From Ignisphaera sp. (GTDB lineage: Archaea; Thermoproteota; Thermoprotei_A; Sulfolobales; Ignisphaeraceae), in NCBI GenBank assembly GCA_038889075.1, contig JAWAHS010000004.1, positions 60,130-78,733 of the forward strand: a stretch of 18,604 nt of DNA, read 5' to 3'. Positions 1 through 6,801 of the stretch are shown here, piece after piece. Under the pieces are notes generated by a model, which saw nothing but the letters and a program-made list of their open reading frames with translations, made no database searches and was not told the DNA's origin. Made by a program: the position numbers and the translations under genes. The stretch's first letter is position 1. The number at the start of each line of letters is the position of its first letter.

Positions 1-654
1 AGGTACATCCAACAGATAGTCAACAGCAGATTTGGAGGACTGGACTACGCAACCTTCATGGTTAGTGGCATGGCTACCATGTCCGTATTCATGGGTAGCT
101 TCATAGCAGGGATAAGCGTTATATGGGATAAGCAGTTCGGATTCCTCAAAGAATCTCTCGTAGCTCCAGCACCAAGAGGTATCGTTATTCTGGGGAGGAT
201 TGTTGGAGATTCGATTATAAATACATTCAATGGTTTCGTAGTTATGTGCATGGGATTCGGAATATCACATTCGCTAAATCCCCTAGGGGTAGTCATAGCC
301 CTTCCATATCTATTCATAACCTCAGTAATATTTACATCGCTAGGAATTGTAATAGCACTAAAGCTGGCAAGCATAGAGGGTTTTCAGATGATAGTCAACA
401 TATTCAATATGCCTGTAATGTTCTTAAGCGGCGTATTCTTCCCTGTAACAACCATGCCGGAGTGGATGAGGAGCATAGCTATATACAATCCCCTTAGCTA
501 TGCTGTACATGCTGTAAGATACTGGCTGACTGGTGCTAGTGTAGGTATTCCACCGATGAATCCTCTACTAGATTTAGCAATACTTATCTCTACAGCTATA
601 ATATCTGCATACAGTGCTTCAAAGATGTTTGAAAAAGCAACAATAGAAGACTGA
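1..654 (+). CDS. ABC-2 type transporter permease (DrrB/NodJ-like), 5'-truncated by the window edge
   Basis: Frame 1 is open from base 1 (RYIQQIVNSRFGGLDYATFM...). Contains the ABC-2 hallmarks WDKQFGFLKESLVAP, FLSGVFFPV..MPEWM and NPLSYAV..VR, plus several hydrophobic helices. Confidence 0.92.
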   Translation, partial: RYIQQIVNSRFGGLDYATFMVSGMATMSVFMGSFIAGISVIWDKQFGFLKESLVAPAPRGIVILGRIVGDSIINTFNGFVVMCMGFGISHSLNPLGVVIALPYLFITSVIFTSLGIVIALKLASIEGFQMIVNIFNMPVMFLSGVFFPVTTMPEWMRSIAIYNPLSYAVHAVRYWLTGASVGIPPMNPLLDLAILISTAIISAYSASKMFEKATIED

Positions 655-735
655 GAAGACAGAATACCCAGTTACTATGTATCAAACCTTTTGTATGTGA
701 TACAGGAATTTATATTGGAGAAGCCTGGTGCAACT

Positions 736-1015
736 GTTTTGGGTTTTATGAAGGTTTATAATGGTTTATGTAAATTATTTTATTGTGGGTTGAGCTCACC
801 CACGATGTGGGTGTGTGGTGAAGACTCGAGTGGGTGGGGTATCTAAAGCCGGGATGTGGGGTTTCCCACAGCTGTGAACCAGAGCTGGATGAGGGTGAGC
901 TGTGGGTAGGGGTTTCCCCGAAGGGGTGGAGACCAATGATAAGGCCTCCAATGAAAGGAGGTCTGAGGTCAGTGAAGCCAAGGGTCGATATCAACCAATA
1001 TGAAACCCAAACCCC
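736..1015 (+). mobile_element. Non-autonomous, internally deleted (MITE-like) derivative of a tnpB-carrying IS607 or IS200/IS605-family element
   Basis: GC-rich island in AT-rich intergenic DNA. Imperfect terminal inverted repeat 738-760 vs 989-1011 (18/23 by hand). Phased 10-bp repeats at the left end (gggttttatg/aaggtttata/atggtttatg). The 3' part (tatctaaag..atgtggggtttccc...tgggtaggggtttccccgaagggg...gtgaagccaaggg...atatgaaaccc) resembles, from memory, crenarchaeal tnpB 3' ends. No transposase ORF; exact ends are uncertain. Confidence 0.65.
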
Positions 1016-1035
1016 TATAACTAGCTGCTGAACTT
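850..1035 (+). ncRNA. Putative omegaRNA/sotRNA-like structured RNA (tnpB 3'-overlapping scaffold plus flanking guide-like segment)
   Basis: Series of stems: cccacagct 865-873/agctgtggg 898-906; cccc-gaa-gggg 916-926; aggcctcc 942-949/ggaggtct 957-964; gacc 931-934/ggtc 967-970 closing a GA/GA K-turn. Located at the right end of the element. Confidence 0.45.
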
Positions 1036-1729
1036 AAACCATCCTTTTACGGGATCCCTTCACAATAAGTGTTGAACTAGGTTATGGAAACCCCGAGGGT
1101 TTGGTGGTGCAATTAGCTGATTCAATAGATGCAGGAACACTGCCGGATGCAGCTGTAAAGAGGTTTGAAATATCTACGATACATCAATATATTACAACAT
1201 AACAAAGCCCTACAAGCTATTCAATAGAGCATATAGCGAAGTAGAATCAGGTTGAACACAGTAATATGTCAGCCCCCAGTCCCTCTACATCCAATTTCAG
1301 TTGCGGAACTGATCATCATCAGACAACTCTAAATTTAGATTAGATTAGTAAAAACGCTCTAAAATATTTAGCTAACATCAGTAGAACGTCCGGGCTGGAA
1401 TTTTTGATAAAAAACCTTGGAGAGAGAGTTTTGAATCTATCTAATATACGTGGTGTTGAAAGAGAAGATAACTTGGTGCCTCTACAATTTATATCATAAA
1501 TTGCTCTAGTAGATACGGTTCAATGTATCCAACCAGCTTCATGTCGTGCATTTACTTAAGGTGTATATACCGGACTATGCCATGAAGTGTAAAAATATAA
1601 GGTTGAATTTTGAGTATATAGCCTATCTCAATAGGGTTTTTACCAATATTTATAGAAAGTTATCGAGAATGATGATTGTAGATAAAGTAGAAAAACTCTA
1701 GATATGATTTATCGTATGGCTGGTGTGAA

Positions 1730-2116
1730 ATGAAGAGGGTAGTCTTTACAGATAATGCTCCAAGACCGGTTGGCCCCTATAGTCAAGCTGTGTGTATAGA
1801 TGGCTGGCTATTCATATCTGGGCAGCTACCGCTTGATCCAAAATCAAATAATATTGTTGAAGGAGATTTTAAGACAAAGGTTAGGAGAGCTCTCGAAAAT
1901 GTTAAAGCTATTGTAGAATCCGTAGGAGGGTCTCTGGACAATATAGTCAAGGTAACCGTTTACATAAGCGATATTTCAAGATTTGCCGAATTCAACGAGG
2001 TTTACAGGGAATTCTTTCCACAAACCCCTCCAGCTAGAAGCGTGATAGGAGTAGCGAAGCTACCTAGAGATGCTGAGGTAGAGGTCGAGGCTATAGCACG
2101 GATTGGAAGGTGCTGA
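1730..2116 (+). CDS. ridA: RidA/YjgF/UK114 family reactive enamine/imine deaminase
   Basis: APRPVGPYSQAV, LFISGQLP, IVKVTVY and PPARS (catalytic Arg), LPRDAEVEVEAIA; 128 aa; GGTG SD-like motif upstream. Confidence 0.96.
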   Translation: MKRVVFTDNAPRPVGPYSQAVCIDGWLFISGQLPLDPKSNNIVEGDFKTKVRRALENVKAIVESVGGSLDNIVKVTVYISDISRFAEFNEVYREFFPQTPPARSVIGVAKLPRDAEVEVEAIARIGRC

Positions 2117-2289
2117 TAGATCTTAAATGCTTATAGTTTTGCATCTAGATCTGCATTGGTTGTAGAAATAGTGGAGGTAGTGATGGTCTGGTCTACAGTT
2201 GCCTGTGCAAGAGCTATTGGAAGACTTATATACTCTAGTCCTTTGAATTTAGATGGAGGAGTGCTGTGAATATACTACTCTGGCCATAG

Positions 2290-2805
2290 TTGGTGGAGGT
2301 TGTGATATCCAGCGATATGGTTGGGTTCATTATTGTTTTTCTCATATCGCTTCTACCTACTGTTGAAGTCAGAGGCTCTATCCCAATGGTATTTATTCTT
2401 TTTAGAGATTCTCTATCTATAGCATTTGGATTAGCTGTAGCTATTGTAGGCAATCTTGTAATTGCCCCCATAGTACTCACTGCCTTGAAGTGGATTGACA
2501 GTTTTATTGTAGGTTCTAGAGCTATCCCCACTCTACTAAGAGATTTATACATGAAAATTATTAGGTATGGACACTCCAAAGCCTCTAAAGTTAATCGCTA
2601 CAGTATAATAGGGCTTGCAGTATTTGTAGCCATTCCCCTTCCTGGTACAGGTGCATGGACCGGTTCTCTAGTTGCATATATTCTTGGGATTGATAGGAGA
2701 AGGGCATTGGTTGCTATAGAGCTAGGAGTCATAGGTGCCTCACTCATAGTATCTCTAGCTTCTATTCTCGGAATAGAGTTGGTTAAGAGAATATTCATGC
2801 TATAG
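2290..2805 (+). CDS. COG2426 'small multi-drug export' family membrane protein; start codon uncertain (2290, 2293 or 2317)
   Basis: Family motifs LPTVEVRGSIP and FVAIPLPGTGAWTGSL; about 4 hydrophobic segments. Confidence 0.88.
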   Translation: MVEVVISSDMVGFIIVFLISLLPTVEVRGSIPMVFILFRDSLSIAFGLAVAIVGNLVIAPIVLTALKWIDSFIVGSRAIPTLLRDLYMKIIRYGHSKASKVNRYSIIGLAVFVAIPLPGTGAWTGSLVAYILGIDRRRALVAIELGVIGASLIVSLASILGIELVKRIFML

Positions 2806-2807
2806 AT

Positions 2808-3992
2808 CTACATAGCCTTCTCGGTTGTTAGCCTCTCTATAGTCTCTATATAGCTTCTAACCTTATCAGGAATCCCCTTTATATCAATGGATACAAAGCC
2901 CCTTACGAGAATCCCTATAGCCTCATCTCTTGTAAAGCCCTTGCTCATAAGATAGTAGATCTCATCCTCAGCGAGCCTTCCTATCGACGCCTCATGTGTT
3001 AGGATAGCATCTGGAGACTCTGCATGGAGCTCGGGTATTGTTGCTATTACTGAGCTGTTAGAGAGCATAAGCCCCCTACAGTCTATATGGCCCCTCCCAC
3101 CCCTACCAACTATAGAGGCCCTCATAACAATTCTAGATGAATCTCTGGCAATATTCCTCGATACGATCTCCACACCGCTATCACCATCCTCAAGTACCGC
3201 CCCACTACCTATATCAATATCAGCATCGCCTACACCGAGAACTATAGATGCTAGGTATGCATGTGCCCCACTACCTAGGTACACCCTTGGGTACATCTGT
3301 AGAGACTTTAAATTACTTAGGTTAGCATAGTACGATATATACTCACCATTTTCAGAGACATTCACCGCTGTTCGAGGCCTGACATGGGCAACCCTATTCC
3401 ACGAATGGACCATGACGAATCTGAGCTTCGCATTTCTACCAACATAGAATTCGGAGAGCCCTATATGGAGACCTACAACCTCCGGAGCTATGGTGCATCC
3501 AGTATAGACCGTAGCCTCAGCACCATCCTCAACAATAACAACGTTATGGGGTGCCTGAAGCCCGTGGGAACTTATGAATAGGCATGCCATTATCGGATCC
3601 TCAACCCTTGTATTCTTCTTAACCCTTATAAAGTACCCTCCCATACCCCTAAGAGCAGCCACAGCTACATACTTATCCATCGATGGTCTTAGCAACCTCC
3701 ATACATACTCTTTTGCTTCATCGGGGTAGCTTTCTATGTAATCCTCAAGCCTATAGATCTCAACACCTGGAATCCTACTTATATACTTGAAGTAGGCTTG
3801 GTCAACCTGAAGGTATAGGGCTTTCGCCTTTAGATCAACCCCAACCCTCTCGACACTCTCTGTGTCAAGTCTATATCCACTTTCCTCTCCAACATAGCTA
3901 CCCACATCGATGTCCATCCCATATGGGGATGGTCTGTCCAGCCCCTGTTTAGCTTCCTCAGCTATTCTATTTCGCCACTCCCCTAAACCCAT
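2808..3992 (-). CDS. sufB: SufB/SufD-family Fe-S cluster scaffold (archaeal minimal type, SmsB-like)
   Basis: Beta-helix motifs HNVVIVEDGAE.TVYTGC, HIGLSEFYV, GHIDCRGL and LTHEASIGRLAEDEIYYLMSKG. The ATG at 3992 is preferred over the track start at 4007 because GAGGTG lies upstream at SD spacing. Confidence 0.9.
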   Translation of the reverse strand: MGLGEWRNRIAEEAKQGLDRPSPYGMDIDVGSYVGEESGYRLDTESVERVGVDLKAKALYLQVDQAYFKYISRIPGVEIYRLEDYIESYPDEAKEYVWRLLRPSMDKYVAVAALRGMGGYFIRVKKNTRVEDPIMACLFISSHGLQAPHNVVIVEDGAEATVYTGCTIAPEVVGLHIGLSEFYVGRNAKLRFVMVHSWNRVAHVRPRTAVNVSENGEYISYYANLSNLKSLQMYPRVYLGSGAHAYLASIVLGVGDADIDIGSGAVLEDGDSGVEIVSRNIARDSSRIVMRASIVGRGGRGHIDCRGLMLSNSSVIATIPELHAESPDAILTHEASIGRLAEDEIYYLMSKGFTRDEAIGILVRGFVSIDIKGIPDKVRSYIETIERLTTEKAM

Positions 3993-4692
3993 AGTTGAAC
4001 ACCTCATCCAATATAGAATCGTCTCCGCACAGCCTTACGGAACCTGATAACATTATACATACATGTGTTGGACGTATATGTTTTGCTATAGCTGCAGAGT
4101 GTGTAATTACGATAATCGATTTGTATGTAGATAGATCGACCAGCTTTTTAAGAGCCTTGGCTATAACTGCTATGGAATCGACATCGACTCCGCTATCAGG
4201 TTCATCAATAAGTGCAAGCTTTGGTCTCTGTGCAACTACTGTTGCAATTTCAATTCTCTTCAATTCACCACCTGAAAAACCCTTGCCAAATTCTCTATTA
4301 AGTAGATAGCCTATCTCAAGCTCATCTGCAATCTCATCGACACTACATCCAGTTCTTCTACAGATACTGTTGAGAAGATCTACAACTCTAACACCTGTAA
4401 GCTTTGGAGGGATCTGATGGGATATGGCTAGCCCCTTAGAAACTCTGTACTCCATAGAGCTATGCGTTATATCCTCTCCCTCAAATAATATCCTACCAGA
4501 GACTACACTATAGCCTGGATAGCCTATCAATGTCCTTAGAAGAGATGTCTTACCAGTGCCATTAGGACCTAGAAGAAACAGTATACTTCCTCTATCTACA
4601 GAAAAGCTAACATCCTTCAATACCGTCTTAGACCCTACACCTACAGTTAGCTTATCAACACACATCACACTACTACAGCTATGCAATGCCAT
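3967..4692 (-). CDS. sufC: SufC-family ABC ATPase (SmsC-like)
   Basis: Walker A GPNGTGKT, signature GFSGGELKRIE, Walker B/D-loop LIDEPDSGVDVD, H-loop ITH. Overlaps the sufB start by 26 nt; GAGGTG SD upstream. Confidence 0.92.
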   Translation of the reverse strand: MALHSCSSVMCVDKLTVGVGSKTVLKDVSFSVDRGSILFLLGPNGTGKTSLLRTLIGYPGYSVVSGRILFEGEDITHSSMEYRVSKGLAISHQIPPKLTGVRVVDLLNSICRRTGCSVDEIADELEIGYLLNREFGKGFSGGELKRIEIATVVAQRPKLALIDEPDSGVDVDSIAVIAKALKKLVDLSTYKSIIVITHSAAIAKHIRPTHVCIMLSGSVRLCGDDSILDEVFNYGFRGVAK

Positions 4693-4999
4693 AGCCGAAC
4701 ACCTCTTCTACAGGATACACTTTCTTCTAAAGTCTAAAAGCTATTCACTGTTAACAGCATTAGATAAATAGCGTTCTATCCAGATACTGGTATCTGCTAG
4801 CTAAAAACCTTAATAGAGCTTACCGCCATACACCACGTATTGCATTGTATGTTTATAGAGGAAAAGCCTAAAAGTGTACGGGAGCTCTACCATCTAGCAC
4901 CACCATAGAATCAGCTGATATTCAGACCACCGCAAGATTATAAACAGTTTTAAGTTACACCCGTTCACTAGATCTAAAAAGCCGTAGGTAGGTAGGACA

Positions 5000-5509
5000 A
5001 TGATAGACGAGGGTGAGGTTATAAGAGAAGCCATCCTCGATGTAGCTAAGCTTATGGCTGTTGCAGCTAAAACTTCGCCAAAAGCTAGAGGCGTTGATAA
5101 TATTGTTATAAAAGTTGTAGATAAGAGGGAGGAGCTGGAGATGATAGCGAGTAAGATGGATGAGCTCTCCAAAGTATATGGAGAATTCTTTAGCAGAGAT
5201 GCCCAGAATGTTAGAAACAGTACAGCTGTAGTTCTAATTGGATGCAGAGTAGCTGATATGAATCTAAAGACCCCCCGGGACTGGAAGCTCGATGCAAATA
5301 CAGTATGCAGTATCGTTAATCTAGGTATAGCCCTAGGATCAGCAGCTAAACTAGCCTCTATATTAAACGTTGACAACAGAATAATGTTCACCATAGGAGT
5401 AGCAGCACAGGAGATAAAACTCATCGATGCGGACTACACATTTGGAATACCACTAAGTGCCACATCAAAGAACATATACTTCGATAGAATATGGCAGGCA
5501 AAGAAATAG
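5000..5509 (+). CDS. DUF2148/COG4739 'ferredoxin domain-containing' protein, nitroreductase-like fold
   Basis: LMAVAAKTSPKARGVD, FFSRDAQNV, LGIALGSAAKLA.ILNVDNRIMFTIG and GIPLSATSKNIYFDR match my recollection of this family. Confidence 0.85.
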   Translation: MIDEGEVIREAILDVAKLMAVAAKTSPKARGVDNIVIKVVDKREELEMIASKMDELSKVYGEFFSRDAQNVRNSTAVVLIGCRVADMNLKTPRDWKLDANTVCSIVNLGIALGSAAKLASILNVDNRIMFTIGVAAQEIKLIDADYTFGIPLSATSKNIYFDRIWQAKK

Positions 5510-5688
5510 ATAATACTATATAACAATTATTTAAAAGATCCTAGAATTGATGCCCCGAGTACTAGAATAGCTATACATTAAGATACACACTACCATATAT
5601 CAAGTGAGCATAGGTTGTATATGTTTTCCCCTACCCAGTTCGCTATATACCCTATGACGGTGTATAGTATTTTTTAACACTATCTATA

Positions 5689-5985
5689 TTACCAGTGCTG
5701 ACTTGAAAACCTCTTTACTAAAGATACAATCTTCTCCATGTATGTGGTATCTATATCGGGTAGTAGATCAACCTTAAACCGCGCTTCATCATCCATATAG
5801 CAGCTAGAGAAATATAGACTATATAGAATCAGCCCGATTACCCTACCCTTAATCTCCATTGGGAGGCTCCAGGTCCATGGGAAAACTCTATCAAATAGAT
5901 ATACATCGGGGTCTTTCATTTCGATAAATGCCGCAGCCTCTGGAGCCTCTAGATCAACCTCTGATCCTCCTAATTCTAATACCAT
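5689..5985 (-). CDS. Hypothetical protein (~98 aa) overlapping the 3' end of the upstream gene; start uncertain
   Basis: Open frame 5689-6030. The ATG at 5985 is preceded by GGAG. Same strand as 5954-6313 with an operon-like overlap; composition is protein-like. Confidence 0.6.
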   Translation of the reverse strand: MVLELGGSEVDLEAPEAAAFIEMKDPDVYLFDRVFPWTWSLPMEIKGRVIGLILYSLYFSSCYMDDEARFKVDLLPDIDTTYMEKIVSLVKRFSSQHW

Positions 5986-6313
5986 TCTCCGTACAGTATC
6001 TATAGACCTCGCTGTCCATCCTAGGCCCATCTGAGTATAGAGCTAGTACGGGTCTTGCTCCAATTCGTCTAGCCTTCTCCAGCAATTTACTTACAGTATC
6101 CATGGGTACTATAGATGGTCTATCGAAAATTTCTATAGCGATTTTCTGTCCACCTTTACGTGCAACTATATGTATAGGACCGTATCTCGTTGGGTGCATG
6201 AACTCTACACTATAGCCCGCCATAATATACCTTTTAGCTACATGGCCTACTATACCATACCTTTTTTCAAAGATTCTACACATATATTTAACTCTGCCAG
6301 CCATTGTGGACAC
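5954..6313 (-). CDS. PD-(D/E)xK restriction-endonuclease-fold protein (YraN/Hjc/Mrr-like) with a degenerate active site; start could be ATG 6304
   Basis: VAKRYIMAGYSV...TRYGPIHIVARKGGQKIAIEIF follows the pattern L..GY.V...GEIDIVA.K...V.IEVK. Basic protein; TATA-like tttaaa at 6344-6349. Confidence 0.72.
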   Translation of the reverse strand: MSTMAGRVKYMCRIFEKRYGIVGHVAKRYIMAGYSVEFMHPTRYGPIHIVARKGGQKIAIEIFDRPSIVPMDTVSKLLEKARRIGARPVLALYSDGPRMDSEVYRYCTENGIRIRRIRG

Positions 6314-6801
6314 TCATACACAACTATCGAGTATAGCGAGAGGTTTAAAGCTTTAACCAAGGGTTGCACATCTACTGTAGGTCCCTTGGGGTAGCTATAA
6401 ATCCCTCTGTAGAGATGATTAAGTACCTCTTCCTCCTCTAGGATATGGTTGCAATAGTATCCATAATAGGGGCTTATAGCCTCTGTTATTAATAAGGGGT
6501 GGAAACTTTAATAGCTTGAGATATGTTCTATATAGATGCAGATGCAAGATTTGTAACAGTACTACTACTTACGAACGAAAATAGACTATGTATAGAGCAA
6601 TCTAGTGAACTATTTTTCTGATTTGGCTAAGATTTCAAATGAAGTTTACATTACAGGTATTCTTTTCATCTTTAGTGAGGGTTAAGCCTCTCAGGTTTTG
6701 ATACAGCTGACACACGATTTACGGCAACACTCCTTTCCACTATTTTAAATACATGATAAAGAGTTTTATCATAGAAGTAAAAGCCGTCATATAAATGAAG
6801 G

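Noticed and set aside
785-970. GC-rich structured stretch as tRNA, SRP RNA, RNase P RNA or CRISPR array
   Set aside because: No cloverleaf or T-loop, no recognisable SRP or RNase P conserved motifs, and no regularly spaced repeats with unique spacers.
746-1031. Three short ORFs (746-994 -, 796-981 -, 834-1031 +) as real genes
   Set aside because: They overlap each other within the GC-rich structured element and are better explained as by-products of the tnpB tail and RNA scaffold.
1328-1339. Perfect 12-bp palindrome tctaaatttaga
   Set aside because: AT-rich, single copy and far from any gene start; palindromic words are frequent in this sequence.
1668-1730. Box C-like ATGATGA upstream of ridA as a C/D sRNA
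   Set aside because: No CTGA box D at a suitable distance downstream.
2117-2290. Small ORFs between ridA and the COG2426 gene, including a minus-strand MARVVYS start that echoes the RidA N-terminus
   Set aside because: Very short, similarity does not extend past a few codons, and no frame is clearly favoured.
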